From: a bacterium
GTDB lineage: Bacteria; Bacteroidota; Bacteroidia; CAILMK01; JACPUW01
Length of the DNA stretch: 64,000 bases
Direction: 5' to 3'
Assembly: GCA_016124515.1 (NCBI GenBank)
Contig: WGNN01000037.1
Location: 13,171 to 77,170, forward strand
Shown: one piece after another, positions 26,439 through 37,884 of the stretch
How positions within the stretch are numbered: the first letter of the stretch is position 1
Layout: each line of letters begins with the position of its first letter
Notes under the pieces: generated by a model
Database searches by the model: none
What the model saw: the letters and a program-made list of their open reading frames with translations, nothing else
What the model was told of the DNA's origin: nothing
Program-made: the position numbers and the translations under genes

Positions 26439-29372
26439 ATGGTTCAAAAAGTGTTTTACGCCTTGCTTCTTTGCGGGGCGCTGTGTGCGTATGCGGCAGC
26501 GCAACAACCCAGCATGCGCCAGCTTACCGATGAAGACGGCTTGCCCAGTTTACTTGTTTATGACATTGAACAAGATGCGCAAGGCTACATTTGGGTAGGC
26601 ACCGAGGCGGGATTGTACCGCTACAATGGACTTGAATTTGAGCCCTATACCCACAAAAACGCCAAGGCAAGTGCGGTGGGCAACCTCGTGCTCGATGAGC
26701 AAAACCGGCTGTGGTGTCAAAATTTTTCAGACCAGATTTTCTATGTGCAAAATGGTAAAATGCATGAGTTTACCGCCCACCAAAACAGCAGCTGCGAAAA
26801 ATTTACCTCATTTGGTGTAGATGCTTACGGCGTGTGGTTGTGCCACAAACAAGGCAGTTGCATCCTCAGGTTCGAAATTGAATCGGGTAAAAAACACGAA
26901 TACACTTTTGGCAATGGCAACCTGTGCAATAGCACCGTGGTTACCAACCAAGGTTTTATAACTTTTATGGCCACCAAAAACGGTATAGCCACCTACCACA
27001 AAGACAGCGACAAACTCGTGTTTGACCCGCAATACCAGTTTGGCCAAGTGCAAAATGACGCCCATGCAGAACAAATGTTTTTCAGTGGAATGAACCGCGT
27101 GGGCTACAAAAACAATGGCAATCAATTGTTTTTGGTTTTTGACAGTTTGCGGGCAACTATCAATTTTGATTTGCGACGCAAAGGGCAGGTTTTGTCGGTT
27201 TTTACGCTCAACGACAGCACCTTGTGGCTCGGTTCTTCCAATGGAATTTATCCTGTTATTCGGCGGCACAACCAACTCATTATTGCAGAAAACCCATTGT
27301 ACCAAGGCAGCTACATTACCAGCATTTTTCGCGATAAAGAAAACTCAATTTGGATTGGAACACTTAGAAACGGCATTTACATAGTGCCCAACTACCAGTT
27401 GGTAACCCACCAATTGGTAGGCAACAAGTCCACCAACGCGGCGGTAACCACCCTGTTGCAACTTCCACAAGGTATCATGGTGTGCAACAACTCGGGCGAG
27501 GTGTTGCAAGGCGCTTCGCAAACACCTTTTTTGGTGCAAACTCCACACTTTCAGTATGAGATAGAGGCGGCTTGCCTTGCGGGCAAAAAACGAATAATCA
27601 TAGGGCCCAATTACTACCGCCTGCCGGGTTACGAGTTTATAAAAACCCTATCGCAATCAACCTGTAAGGAAATTGCGGTATATAGCCAAAAAGCCTATTT
27701 TGCCACCAATGCAGGTACCTTTATCAGGGATTTGCACAGCAATGAAACGGCACAAGACTACCTGCGCAGCCTGCGTACCCGTGCTACTGCTATAGACAGC
27801 AGCAATTTAAAGTGGTACGTTGCCTACTCCGACGGGCTCTTCGTGCACCAACTTGACCAACCTGAAGTGTTTGAAGAAATTACTTATAACGGCTCCCCTA
27901 TTTATGCCAAATGCCTCACCTTGGGCAACGACAATACGCTGTGGATTGGTACCATGGGCAATGGGCTGTTTGCCTGCAACCAACAACAAATTGTGCAACA
28001 TGTGAACCATGCAGGCGGGTTGCTGAGCGACCATATAAACGACATTGCCGTGTATGAATCAAGGCTTTGGATAGCCACCTCGCGGGGTTTACAAAATTTT
28101 GATCCCGCCACCGGCGAAAGCCATATTTACACCCGGGCCGACGGCCTGAGCAGCAATGAAGTTTCGAAAGTATTGGTTGACAGCAGCACCGTGTGGGTGG
28201 CCACCGCCCGCAGCCTGCATTCTTTTCCGCTGGGTTTGCATTCAAAAAACAGCTTTACCCCACCTATATACATCAATAAATTTACCGTAGGCAAGCGCGA
28301 CACCAGTCTTGAAAACCAACTCTCGTTTGACTACCACCACGATATGCTCACCATTTCGTTTACGGGACTTACCTACAAAAGCGGGCAGAATTTTTTGTAT
28401 AAATACCGCACACTGGGGCTCGACTCAAGTTGGCAAACGCAACACGCCACCAACAACTCGGTAAACCTGTATGCCTTGCAGCCGGGCGCCTATACATTTC
28501 AGGTGCTTGCACAAAACGAAGATGGTATGGAAAGCGCCCATCCTGCTGAGTTGAGCTTTGTTATTAAAACACCCTTTACCCAAACCTGGTATTTCTATCT
28601 GTTGCTCACCGCTGCCATAGCCGGTATTACCAGTATTGTGTTTAGCTACCGCATCAGGTTTATAAGAAACAAAAACGAGGTGGAAAAGCTGCGTAGCAAA
28701 ACCGAACTCGAAAAATCTGAATTGCAAAAAGCCCTGCGCGAATCGCAGTTATCGGCGCTCAAAGTGCAACTGAACCCGCACTTTATGTTCAACGCGCTCA
28801 ATTCTATACAAGAGTTTATCTTGCTCAACGAGAGCCGGCAAGCCAACCGTTTTCTGGGCAAGTTTGCTGACCTCATGCGCATTACGCTCGATATGTCGAA
28901 CCAAAATGCCGTTTCGCTTGAAGAAGAAATCCGCTGCCTGGAGCTCTACCTTGAGTTGGAAGGCCTGCGCTTTGAAGACACTTTTTCGTACCGAATAGAG
29001 ATAGACCGCAATGTGCAGCCCGCCGCTATTGAAATTCCTTCAATGCTCATACAACCTTATGTAGAAAATGCCATAAAACACGGGCTTTTGCATAAGAAAG
29101 AAAACCGCAGGCTGCGCATAGCCTTTGAACTAAGCCACCAAAATTCCATATTAAAGGTGGAAATAGAGGACAATGGCATAGGTAGAAAAGCAGCGGAAAA
29201 CATAAACAAGCTGCGCAAGAAAAGCCACAAGCCCTTTGCCACCTCGGCCAACCAAAGACGCCTTGAGTTGCTGAACATTGAACGCCAAAACAGCATAGTG
29301 GTGGCTATAACCGACCTTGACGAACGCAGCCAAACAGGTACCATGGTTACCCTTGAAATACCCGTAAAATAG
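26439..29372 (+). CDS. Hybrid-architecture sensor kinase: beta-propeller repeats + Y_Y_Y + TM + LytS/YehU-type histidine kinase
   Basis: Signal peptide. Propeller repeats (DAQGYIWVGTEAGLYRY, DNTLWIGTMGNGLF, SRLWIATSRGL). TM helix WYFYLLLTAAIAGITSIVF. H-box LNPHFMFNALNSIQ. ATPase boxes QPYVENAIKHG and EDNGIG. Confidence 0.85.
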   Translation: MVQKVFYALLLCGALCAYAAAQQPSMRQLTDEDGLPSLLVYDIEQDAQGYIWVGTEAGLYRYNGLEFEPYTHKNAKASAVGNLVLDEQNRLWCQNFSDQIFYVQNGKMHEFTAHQNSSCEKFTSFGVDAYGVWLCHKQGSCILRFEIESGKKHEYTFGNGNLCNSTVVTNQGFITFMATKNGIATYHKDSDKLVFDPQYQFGQVQNDAHAEQMFFSGMNRVGYKNNGNQLFLVFDSLRATINFDLRRKGQVLSVFTLNDSTLWLGSSNGIYPVIRRHNQLIIAENPLYQGSYITSIFRDKENSIWIGTLRNGIYIVPNYQLVTHQLVGNKSTNAAVTTLLQLPQGIMVCNNSGEVLQGASQTPFLVQTPHFQYEIEAACLAGKKRIIIGPNYYRLPGYEFIKTLSQSTCKEIAVYSQKAYFATNAGTFIRDLHSNETAQDYLRSLRTRATAIDSSNLKWYVAYSDGLFVHQLDQPEVFEEITYNGSPIYAKCLTLGNDNTLWIGTMGNGLFACNQQQIVQHVNHAGGLLSDHINDIAVYESRLWIATSRGLQNFDPATGESHIYTRADGLSSNEVSKVLVDSSTVWVATARSLHSFPLGLHSKNSFTPPIYINKFTVGKRDTSLENQLSFDYHHDMLTISFTGLTYKSGQNFLYKYRTLGLDSSWQTQHATNNSVNLYALQPGAYTFQVLAQNEDGMESAHPAELSFVIKTPFTQTWYFYLLLTAAIAGITSIVFSYRIRFIRNKNEVEKLRSKTELEKSELQKALRESQLSALKVQLNPHFMFNALNSIQEFILLNESRQANRFLGKFADLMRITLDMSNQNAVSLEEEIRCLELYLELEGLRFEDTFSYRIEIDRNVQPAAIEIPSMLIQPYVENAIKHGLLHKKENRRLRIAFELSHQNSILKVEIEDNGIGRKAAENINKLRKKSHKPFATSANQRRLELLNIERQNSIVVAITDLDERSQTGTMVTLEIPVK

Positions 29373-29376
29373 CTAC

Positions 29377-30120
29377 ATGAAAGCAATAATAATAGACGAT
29401 GAAGCGAAGGCGCGCCGCATATTGGAAGCCCTGCTTGCCGAACATTGCCCCGATGTGCAGGTAATTGCGTCCGCAGATGATGTACCCGCCGGTGTGAAAG
29501 CCATTAACCGCGAAAAACCCGATGTGGTGTTTCTGGATATTGAAATGCCCGGATATACGGGTTTTCAGCTATTGGATTTTTTTGACAACATCAGCTTCGA
29601 CATCATTTTTACTACCGCATATAGCGATCACGCACTCAAGGCTTTTGAAGTATCGGCAATTGATTACCTTCTAAAACCCATACAAATAGAGCAATTGGTA
29701 AAGGCGGTAGAAAAGGTGCGCAAGAAGAAAAACCACCAATTGGCGGAAAAAATAGAGGCACTCAAGCAAAACCTGCTGGAAAATAAACCTGCAAAAATTG
29801 CGCTTCCTGTAGCTGACGGGCTGTTGTTTGTAAAACCTGAAGATGTGCTCTACCTCAAAGCAGAGTCGTCATACACCCATATTTATCTGCAAACCGACCG
29901 CGCCCTGCTGGTGAGCAAAACCCTCAAAGAATTTGAGAAATTGCTCGACCATCCCCATTTTATGCGCATCCACCGCTCCTACCTCATCAACCTTAACCAT
30001 GTGAAACAGTATGTTAAATCGGATGGCGGCCACCTTGAAATGGACAACGGTGATATTGTGTATTTCTCAAAAGACAAAAAAGACGAGTTGATGGCAGCCT
30101 TTAACAGCATGGCAGGTTGA
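29377..30120 (+). CDS. Response regulator, receiver + LytTR domain
   Basis: IIIDDE and DVVFLDIEMPG are receiver motifs. LytTR motifs are VLYLKAESSYTHIYL...FMRIHRSYLINLNHV. It starts 4 nt after the kinase stop. Confidence 0.85.
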   Translation: MKAIIIDDEAKARRILEALLAEHCPDVQVIASADDVPAGVKAINREKPDVVFLDIEMPGYTGFQLLDFFDNISFDIIFTTAYSDHALKAFEVSAIDYLLKPIQIEQLVKAVEKVRKKKNHQLAEKIEALKQNLLENKPAKIALPVADGLLFVKPEDVLYLKAESSYTHIYLQTDRALLVSKTLKEFEKLLDHPHFMRIHRSYLINLNHVKQYVKSDGGHLEMDNGDIVYFSKDKKDELMAAFNSMAG

Positions 30121-30164
30121 TGTAAACAAGCCTGGAGTTTCCGTACCCTTTATTTACAGGCATC

Positions 30165-30956
30165 TCAATCTATTTCGCAAGCTTTGGCAGCTAGGTCAAA
30201 ACCCATTGCACCCAGCTCATTTAAGTCACTCTCTCTACGGCCTTTACTGCTTTGCAAATCATTGTACAAATTGCGCTCGTGTATAAGCCGCAGCCACCCA
30301 ATCGGCTTTTTCAGGTTTTTCAATCGGTAGTGTTTTTTCATTTCCACGTGGCGGTAATTGAAGCAAGTAAGTGGCTCTTTCCCGCTTTGGTATTTCTCAA
30401 TAAACGAAAGAAAGCTGTGCGAATAATGCGGACTGTGTATTTGCCAGACTTTTTTCTGAGGCAGGCTCAATTCAAATCCATCACTGTATTGCACAATACG
30501 GTGTTTTAGCCAAGCCATTTTATTCACCTGTGCATTTATACCCGCTACAAAATCGGGGTGCAGGGCATCGTCATTGTCCAGCCTTGTGGTTATCAAGTAT
30601 TTATAGCTTTCATTTTTTACAATTTCGCCCAACACTTCCTGCACCATTCCACGGTCGTCGTAGTAATGCTCGTTGTCAATCAGGCATACCCGCACCTGCG
30701 GCAGCGCATCGTATTTCTTCCACACTTCGGCCTTGGTTTCACTGTCAAAAAACAAGAGCCACTCAAAGTTTTTATCAGTTTGCTGCAAAACCGAGGGCAG
30801 GCAAAAGCGTTCAAAAAGCGCACAGCGATGCAACAACCAATCGCCGTGCTGATCTACTGAGCGTCCCTTCTTGTCGTTTTTACCAAAAATGATATTGAAC
30901 CGGGTTATGATAAAATGCTTGAAGGGAGGCCATTTTTCCTGCGCAATAAAAATCAT
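30165..30956 (-). CDS. Glycosyltransferase (putative rhamnosyltransferase-like family)
   Basis: FIITRFNI...LFERFCLPSVLQQTD..FEWLLFFD...TTRLDNDDALHPDFV matches my memory of the Rhamno_transf-type family. ATG at 30956 is preferred. Confidence 0.55.
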   Translation of the reverse strand: MIFIAQEKWPPFKHFIITRFNIIFGKNDKKGRSVDQHGDWLLHRCALFERFCLPSVLQQTDKNFEWLLFFDSETKAEVWKKYDALPQVRVCLIDNEHYYDDRGMVQEVLGEIVKNESYKYLITTRLDNDDALHPDFVAGINAQVNKMAWLKHRIVQYSDGFELSLPQKKVWQIHSPHYSHSFLSFIEKYQSGKEPLTCFNYRHVEMKKHYRLKNLKKPIGWLRLIHERNLYNDLQSSKGRRESDLNELGAMGFDLAAKACEID

Positions 30957-31074
30957 GGGTGGTCTTTTTTGAAAGGGCCAAAATAAGTTGGCTTTTTTAG
31001 AAAGCAATCACCCGGCGGCATAGTTTGCCCCATACTTGGTGCTTGCCTATTTTTGCCAGCTATAAACTTTACTG

Positions 31075-33129
31075 ATGCATACAGATAAGGATTTTCTGAA
31101 AAAAGTATATACCCACATGGTGCGTGCACGGGCCATGGCTCGCGTTTACGAAGCCAACAGACCCATAACCAAATATGTGCATTCCACCTCGCGCGGACAC
31201 GAAGCCATACAACTTGCGTTGGGCATGCAGCTAACCCCATCGGACTGGGTGGCACCCTATTACCGCGACGAAAGTATTTTGCTGGGCATTGGTATGGAGC
31301 CTTATGAAATGATGCTGCAATTGCTGGCCAAAGCGGGCGATCCGTTTTCAGGAGGCCGCTCTTACTACGCCCACCCCAACCTTAAAGACGACGACAAACC
31401 AAAGATACCGCACCAATCATCGGCCACCGGCATGCAAGCCATACCCACCACCGGCGTGGCCCACGGTATCAAATACAAAGAAGGCCGCGGCTTGGAAAAA
31501 AGCCCGGTGCCACCCGTTGTGGTTTGTTCGTTTGGCGATGGCTCGGTAACCGAGGGCGAAGTTTCAGAAGCCTTTCAAATGGCGGTTTTGCACCAATTGC
31601 CAATTATGTATCTGGTGCAAGACAATGATTGGGGTATTTCGGTGAGCAAAGAAGAAATGCGCGCCATGGACGCCTACGAGTTTGCCGCCGGTTTTAAAGG
31701 CATGAAACGCATGCGCACCGATGGCTCAGACTTTGCCAAATCGTTTGATGCGGTGGCAGAATGTATAGATTACGTACGACAAGAGCGCAAACCCATTTTG
31801 CTGCATGCCAAAGTACCATTGCTCAACCACCACACTTCAGGGGTGCGCAAAGAGTTCTACCGCACGGCAGCTGATTTAGAAAAACACGCCAAGGACGATC
31901 CCATTCCCAAGTTTGAAAAATATTGCCTCAAAAACGGTTTTACCGCCGATGAATTGAAGGCTATTGACGAAGAAGTAAACACCTTTATTGAGGCGGAGTT
32001 TGAGCGCGCAGTAGCCTCGCCCGATCCGGCTCCTGAAAACCTGACCGAACACATTTTTGCCCCCACACCCATTACAGAAGAAAAAGGCGAAAGAGCCCCA
32101 AAAAACGGTAGAGAAATCATCATGGTTGATGCGGCACTTTTTGCCTGCAACGAAATGATGGCGCAAGACGAAAGCGTGTTGCTCTATGGACAGGACGTAG
32201 GCCGACGCCTGGGTGGAGTTTTCAGAGAAGCAGCCACTCTGGCAGAAAAATATGGCGACGACCGCGTGTTTAACACGCCCATTCAAGAAGCTTATATATT
32301 TGGCTCCACCGCGGGTATGTCGGCAGTGGGCCTGAAACCCATAGTAGAAGTACAGTTTTGCGACTATATTTTTACCGGCATCAACCAACTCATTACCGAG
32401 CTTAGCAAATCGTGCTACCTCAGTCAGGGCAAATACCCTGTCAATGCCATTTTGCGTGTGCCTATTGGCGCCTATGGTGGCGGAGGCCCGTATCACTCAG
32501 GTTCTCACGAGAGCAACCTTACAAGCACCAAGGGTATAAAAATAGTGTATCCGAGCAACGCCGCCGATATGAAAGGTTTGCTCAAAGCTGCCTATTATGA
32601 TCCCAATCCAGTTGTAATTCTTGAGCACAAAGGATTGTACTGGAGCAAAGTGCCCGGAACCAATGCCGCCAAGGCTATAGAACCCGACAGCGACTATGTA
32701 GTGCCCATTGGCAAAGCCCGGATTTTTAAAGAAGCTGACCCTCAAAAAATAGAAGAGGGCGAAAGCTTGGTAGTGGTAACCTACGGCATGGGTGTACACT
32801 GGGCGCTCAATGCCAGCAAAAACCGCGAAGGAGCGGTAGAAATACTGGACCTGCGCTCGCTAACACCGGTTGACGATACAATGGTATTTGAGCGCGTACG
32901 AAAACATGGCAAGTGTTTGGTGCTAACTGAAGAAACCCTGTACAACTCTTTTGCACAGGCACTTGCGGGCCGCATCAGCGAAAACTGTTTTACCCACTTG
33001 GATGCCCCGGTGTTTACTTATGGTGCGGTTGACCTGCCCGCTGTTCCACTCAATATGAGTCAGGAAGCGCTTATGCTGCCATCCGCCGAAAAAGTATCGC
33101 AAAAAATTAAAGAAGTACTTAGTTATTAA
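31075..33129 (+). CDS. Fused 2-oxoacid dehydrogenase E1 component (alpha + beta, TPP-dependent)
   Basis: 684 aa. The N-terminal half carries the TPP motif (FGDGSVTEGEVSEAFQMA...VQDNDWGIS). The C-terminal half is transketolase-like (FNTPIQEAYIFGSTAGMS...PVVILEHKGLY). Confidence 0.85.
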   Translation: MHTDKDFLKKVYTHMVRARAMARVYEANRPITKYVHSTSRGHEAIQLALGMQLTPSDWVAPYYRDESILLGIGMEPYEMMLQLLAKAGDPFSGGRSYYAHPNLKDDDKPKIPHQSSATGMQAIPTTGVAHGIKYKEGRGLEKSPVPPVVVCSFGDGSVTEGEVSEAFQMAVLHQLPIMYLVQDNDWGISVSKEEMRAMDAYEFAAGFKGMKRMRTDGSDFAKSFDAVAECIDYVRQERKPILLHAKVPLLNHHTSGVRKEFYRTAADLEKHAKDDPIPKFEKYCLKNGFTADELKAIDEEVNTFIEAEFERAVASPDPAPENLTEHIFAPTPITEEKGERAPKNGREIIMVDAALFACNEMMAQDESVLLYGQDVGRRLGGVFREAATLAEKYGDDRVFNTPIQEAYIFGSTAGMSAVGLKPIVEVQFCDYIFTGINQLITELSKSCYLSQGKYPVNAILRVPIGAYGGGGPYHSGSHESNLTSTKGIKIVYPSNAADMKGLLKAAYYDPNPVVILEHKGLYWSKVPGTNAAKAIEPDSDYVVPIGKARIFKEADPQKIEEGESLVVVTYGMGVHWALNASKNREGAVEILDLRSLTPVDDTMVFERVRKHGKCLVLTEETLYNSFAQALAGRISENCFTHLDAPVFTYGAVDLPAVPLNMSQEALMLPSAEKVSQKIKEVLSY

Positions 33130-33181
33130 GCTTCTGCGTAAACTTGCAGCACATTTTTAAAGAAAACAAAAGAAAAAATTA

Positions 33182-34453
33182 ATGCCTTATTTATTCACCT
33201 CTGAATCCGTATCAGAAGGCCATCCCGACAAAGTGGCCGACCAGATATCAGACGCGCTTATTGACCACTTTTTGGCTTTTGACCCATCGTCAAAAGTGGC
33301 CTGCGAAACCTTGGTTACCACCGGGCAGGTAATATTGGCCGGTGAAGTAAATACCTCGGTATATCTTGATGTGCAAACCATTGCCCGCGATGTGATAAGA
33401 AAAATTGGCTACACCAAGGCTGATTATATGTTTGAAGCCAACTCATGCGGCATATTGTCGGCCATACATGAGCAAAGCCGCGATATAAACCAAGGTGTTG
33501 ACCGCGTGAAAGATGGCGATTTTGAAGCAAGAGCCAATGCACAAGGAGCGGGCGACCAAGGTATGATGTTTGGCTACGCCACCAAAGAAACCGAAAACTA
33601 CATGCCGCTTGCACTTGATATTTCGCACAAAATACTGCAAGTGCTTGCCGATATACGCCGCGAAAACAGCGACATCACCTACTTGCGCCCGGATGCCAAA
33701 GCACAAGTGACCATTGAGTATTCTGACGACAACAGCCCCATACGCATTGATACCATAGTGGTTTCAACCCAACACGACGAGTTTGATACAGATGAGGCCA
33801 TGCTTGCAAAAATCAAGAGCGACATTATAAGCATAGTTATTCCACGGGTAAAAGCACAATTGACCGACAAAATACAAGCCCTTTTCAACGACCAAATAAC
33901 CTACCACATAAACCCCACAGGGAAATTTGTGATAGGCGGACCACATGGCGACACCGGACTTACCGGACGAAAAATAATTGTGGACACTTACGGTGGCAAG
34001 GGTGCCCACGGTGGTGGTGCCTTCTCGGGCAAAGACCCCAGCAAGGTAGATCGTTCTGCTGCTTATGCCACCCGTCACATTGCCAAAAACCTGGTAGCTG
34101 CCGGTGTGTGCGACGAAGTGTTGGTGCAGGTTTCGTATGCCATTGGCGTAGCAAAACCCTGTGGATTGTTTGTAAACACCTACAACACTGCCAAGGTGAA
34201 CCTTTCGGATGGCGAAATTGCTCGCAAACTGGAGAAATTGTTCGATATGCGTCCGTATGCCATTGAAACCCGCCTGAAGCTGCGCAACCCCATTTACTCA
34301 GAAACCGCAGCCTATGGCCACATGGGCAAAGAGCCACAAACAGTAACCAAAGTATTTGACAATGCGGGTCAGCACGCCGAGGTGGAGGTAGAACTCTTTA
34401 CCTGGGAAAAGCTTGACTATGTAGATCAGGTAAAAGAAGCTTTTGGCCTGTAA
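33182..34453 (+). CDS. metK: S-adenosylmethionine synthetase
   Basis: Motifs [43 protein letters not shown]. 423 aa. Confidence 0.95.
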   Translation: MPYLFTSESVSEGHPDKVADQISDALIDHFLAFDPSSKVACETLVTTGQVILAGEVNTSVYLDVQTIARDVIRKIGYTKADYMFEANSCGILSAIHEQSRDINQGVDRVKDGDFEARANAQGAGDQGMMFGYATKETENYMPLALDISHKILQVLADIRRENSDITYLRPDAKAQVTIEYSDDNSPIRIDTIVVSTQHDEFDTDEAMLAKIKSDIISIVIPRVKAQLTDKIQALFNDQITYHINPTGKFVIGGPHGDTGLTGRKIIVDTYGGKGAHGGGAFSGKDPSKVDRSAAYATRHIAKNLVAAGVCDEVLVQVSYAIGVAKPCGLFVNTYNTAKVNLSDGEIARKLEKLFDMRPYAIETRLKLRNPIYSETAAYGHMGKEPQTVTKVFDNAGQHAEVEVELFTWEKLDYVDQVKEAFGL

Positions 34454-34483
34454 GCCAAAGTAAGAAATACATTTTTTTAAAGA

Positions 34484-34514
34484 AGCACACAAGCCCTTGT
34501 TTGTGTGCTTTTTT
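34484..34514 (+). terminator. Rho-independent terminator after metK
   Basis: AGCACACAA-gcccttgt-TTGTGTGCT is a 9-bp stem followed by a T-run. Confidence 0.7.
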
Positions 34515-34547
34515 ATGACTTATTTTCGAAGCCTAATTCGCATTTAA

Positions 34548-35648
34548 GTGGCTTATCCTAAGTACGAACAAACCCGTTTCTTGCGCAGCGCGCTGGCCCG
34601 TGCCAACTACCTCAACTCGTTGGTAAACTTTGTTTGGCCCAGTCTCAAAAACGAGAAACAACTAACCGATGCTGCGGCAACCGACCGCATAAGGGCATGC
34701 CTCACACAACAGCAAATTGAATGCGATTTTAATCAGGTGCGCAAAACCCTTGAAAACAAGGAAATTGTGGATCAGAACCTGAAAAGCCACATAGTAGGTT
34801 TTGCCAAATGCAACAAATACCTGGAGCAACGTATGGAAACCCTGCAGGTAGGTAATTTGAAAAAAGCCCACGAAATTCTGTTGCGAAATACCAGCCTTGA
34901 GAAGTATGGAGGCATACTGCGCAACGTGGCGCAAACCCAAAACCAACTGAACTACGAGCTGCCTGAAGAAGAACAGTTGAGCGACCTGACCAGCCTGTTG
35001 ATTGAAGACATAAACCTTGATAAGGACACAGAAAACCACCCCATCATAAAAGCCCTTAGTCTGTATTTGCTTTTTGATATTGTGCAGCCCTTTATTGTGT
35101 TCAACCACAGCTTATCGCTTATTGTGTTCAATCAGGCGCTACGCAGGTACAATTGCCATTTTATGGACCTGTTGAGTTTTGAGAAACACCTGCTGAACGA
35201 TTGGAATACCCACCAATCCATTAAACTCAACTCGCTGTTTCCGGTGAGTGCCAAAGAGCGCCTCGAAATGGATTTGACTGCGTTTTTTGAAAACTGTATG
35301 CAGGTAATGCAAGAATCGTTTGACGAGATAGAAGACAACCTGATGGCGGCACTGAAGGAATCGGTTTCGTACCCTAAATTGAAGCCCATACAGAAAAACA
35401 GTTTCAACTACCTGTTTCAGGTGGGTTTTAACAAGCACCACGAAAAAATTGACCTTCTCAACAACCGACAGAAATCCATTTTATGTGATGTAGCCTGCAA
35501 ACGAAGTGTGACCACCAAGGAAATGGTAATGAAATACCGCTGCGACAGAAAAACCATACAGCGCGACTTTGCTGACCTGATAGATATAGGAATAGTAGAA
35601 CAGGAAGGCATTACCAAAACCATCAACTACCACCTCAGCTTTGAGTGA
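34548..35648 (+). CDS. Fic-fold-like protein with degenerate active-site motif and C-terminal DeoR-type wHTH
   Basis: At the position of HPFxxGNGRxxR the sequence is QPFIVFNHSLSL. C-terminal RQKSILCDVACKRSVTTKEMVMKYRCDRKTIQRDFADLIDIGIVE is a wHTH. GTG start. Confidence 0.5.
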   Translation: MAYPKYEQTRFLRSALARANYLNSLVNFVWPSLKNEKQLTDAAATDRIRACLTQQQIECDFNQVRKTLENKEIVDQNLKSHIVGFAKCNKYLEQRMETLQVGNLKKAHEILLRNTSLEKYGGILRNVAQTQNQLNYELPEEEQLSDLTSLLIEDINLDKDTENHPIIKALSLYLLFDIVQPFIVFNHSLSLIVFNQALRRYNCHFMDLLSFEKHLLNDWNTHQSIKLNSLFPVSAKERLEMDLTAFFENCMQVMQESFDEIEDNLMAALKESVSYPKLKPIQKNSFNYLFQVGFNKHHEKIDLLNNRQKSILCDVACKRSVTTKEMVMKYRCDRKTIQRDFADLIDIGIVEQEGITKTINYHLSFE

Positions 35649-35667
35649 TGTTGGGATTTCTTAGGTG

Positions 35668-36042
35668 TTAATCTTTGAACAGGAAGGGAAGGAAACGACC
35701 CAGCATGCGTTTTTCTACCTGATAAAAAAACTTAAACTGCCCGGCAAGGGTGCCGAAAACAATAAGTAATACCTGGTAAATGGGCAAAATAATAAGAATT
35801 CGCAAGGGCCAGAATAGCCAGGGGTTCAATGCTTCTTTATGAATACCCAACCACTCAAGCACGGGCTCGCCTACCCTTACACTCAATGAACCTGTAACAG
35901 CAAAGACCGCTATAATAAGCAAGGCTTGCCACGGGCTGCTAACACCCCATTTGGTTTGCAGTTTGAGCGCTATTTCGTTGGTTTCGAGTTTCATATTGCG
36001 AGCCTGCAAAACTATGCATTGCCAATTGTACTGAGCTGACAT
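35668..36042 (-). CDS. Small membrane protein
   Basis: 124 aa with three predicted helices. Family not recognised with confidence. Confidence 0.45.
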   Translation of the reverse strand: MSAQYNWQCIVLQARNMKLETNEIALKLQTKWGVSSPWQALLIIAVFAVTGSLSVRVGEPVLEWLGIHKEALNPWLFWPLRILIILPIYQVLLIVFGTLAGQFKFFYQVEKRMLGRFLPFLFKD

Positions 36043-36111
36043 ACATCAAAATCAACTCCTATTTCATCATTCAATATTATTCATCTATCATTGCCTTATA
36101 CAATTAGTTTT

Positions 36112-37884
36112 ATGCAGCAACTGAACGACATACTGGCAACCATAGACTCGTATATAGGTGGAAGCCAATGGTTTGTGTACTTGTTACTTGCCGTAGGTGT
36201 CTTTTTTACGATTTACCTTGGGTTTCCGCAAATCCGCTTTTTTGGCCATGCCCTGCGCATAGTGCGCGGCAAGTTTGACAAAGATGGCGATGAAGGTGAT
36301 ACCTCTCACTTTCAGGCTTTGGCCACCGCGCTATCGGGCACTGTGGGCACAGGCAATATAGCCGGAGTGGCTTTTGCGCTGCACCTGGGCGGACCACCCG
36401 CGCTGTTTTGGATGTTGGTAACCGCCTTTTTGGGTATGACTACCAAGTTTGTAGAGGTTACTCTTTCGCATAAATACCGCGAAAAAACCGATGATGGTTC
36501 TATGGCGGGTGGGCCCATGTATTATATGAAAAACGCCAACTTTACCTTTTCGGGCAAAAAAGTAAATCTCAAATGGTTGGCCGCCATTTTTGCTGTGGCA
36601 ACCGTTATTTCATCGTTTGGAACAGGAAATTTGCCACAGATAAACAGCATTGCCTCCTCGGTATATGCTTCGTTTGGCATTGAGAAAATGGTAACCGGTG
36701 GTGTATTGGCTGTTTTGCTGGGTGTAGTTATTATTGGTGGCATTAAGCGCATAGCCAAAGTAACTGAAAAACTGGTGCCCAGCATGGCCCTTATTTATGT
36801 GATTGGTGCACTTTCGGTACTTTTATATAATAATGAAAACATTATTCCCGGTTTTATTTCGGTATTCAGCAATGTATTCAGCGGTTCGGCTGCCACCGGT
36901 GGATTTTTAGGGGCAAGCATTATATATGCCTTCAACCGTGGAGTTAATCGCGGCTTGTTTTCAAACGAAGCCGGACAAGGTTCAGCACCTATTGCCCACG
37001 CCTCAGCCAAGGCACACGAACCCGTATCAGAAGGTATGGTGGCCATATTGGAGCCTTTTATCGACACCATAATCATTTGTACCTTAACAGGAATAACCCT
37101 CATATCGTCCGGTGTGTGGAGCGAAAAACACCTCAACGATTTTCAGTTTGCCGAAGTGGAAGTGCTGCAAGGCGACTACAACGAAGATGATAATGAGCGC
37201 AGGCTGTATTGCCATATCAATAATGTGAAAAGGCTCGAAGTAGATGGACAAAAACTAACTTTTGATTCAATACCGCCTTTTCGCGGTGAGCTTCAGGTGG
37301 CGGACGGAAAAATAATAACTGACAACATAACCATATTGCATGCACGCTCTGTAGCCGAAGACTTGAAGGTGCTGAAACTGGAAGAGCAGGACAACCTGCT
37401 GCCCGAAGAAGTGCCCTATACCGGAGCAATTCGGGTGAAAAATGGCTCGATAGTGGAAACGGACGGCCTCATTTTCAGGGGTATGTCGCTCATACACAGC
37501 GCACCGCTCACATCTGTGGCCTTCAACCAAGGTTTGTTTGGCAATTTTGGTGGCTATATCGTCACCATTGGTTTGTTGTTGTTTGCCTTCTCCACCTCCA
37601 TTTCATGGTCGTACTACGGCGATAGAGCCATTACCTATCTCATTGGTAGCAAGGGAATTTTACCTTTCAGAATATTATATATTTTGGGTTTTTTCCTTGC
37701 ATCATTTACCGACACGCAAATAATATGGACCTTTTCGGGCATTGCCATTGCCCTGATGACCCTACCTAACCTGATTGGTATTTTTTGGCTGAGACAAGAT
37801 ATGAAGCGCACCTTGAAAGAATATTGGGAAGATTTTGACAGTATTTTTCCAGGTGGCCGAAAAAATAAAAAAATAACCAAATGA
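36112..37884 (+). CDS. Alanine/glycine:cation symporter (AGCS family)
   Basis: Motifs [15 protein letters not shown] and [15 protein letters not shown]. First ATG at 36112; the track start is TTG. Contains a soluble insertion of about 130 aa. Confidence 0.85.
   Translation: MQQLNDILATIDSYIGGSQWFVYLLLAVGVFFTIYLGFPQIRFFGHALRIVRGKFDKDGDEGDTSHFQALATALSGTVGTGNIAGVAFALHLGGPPALFWMLVTAFLGMTTKFVEVTLSHKYREKTDDGSMAGGPMYYMKNANFTFSGKKVNLKWLAAIFAVATVISSFGTGNLPQINSIASSVYASFGIEKMVTGGVLAVLLGVVIIGGIKRIAKVTEKLVPSMALIYVIGALSVLLYNNENIIPGFISVFSNVFSGSAATGGFLGASIIYAFNRGVNRGLFSNEAGQGSAPIAHASAKAHEPVSEGMVAILEPFIDTIIICTLTGITLISSGVWSEKHLNDFQFAEVEVLQGDYNEDDNERRLYCHINNVKRLEVDGQKLTFDSIPPFRGELQVADGKIITDNITILHARSVAEDLKVLKLEEQDNLLPEEVPYTGAIRVKNGSIVETDGLIFRGMSLIHSAPLTSVAFNQGLFGNFGGYIVTIGLLLFAFSTSISWSYYGDRAITYLIGSKGILPFRILYILGFFLASFTDTQIIWTFSGIAIALMTLPNLIGIFWLRQDMKRTLKEYWEDFDSIFPGGRKNKKITK

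Noticed and set aside
33130-33181. SAM riboswitch upstream of metK
   Set aside because: The intergenic region is only 52 nt and A-rich, which is too short and unstructured for any SAM riboswitch class.
31857-34492. Minus-strand ORFs inside the E1 dehydrogenase and metK genes (e.g. 31876..32496, 33960..34337)
   Set aside because: They are antisense to genes with unambiguous conserved motifs, and their translations have no recognisable features.
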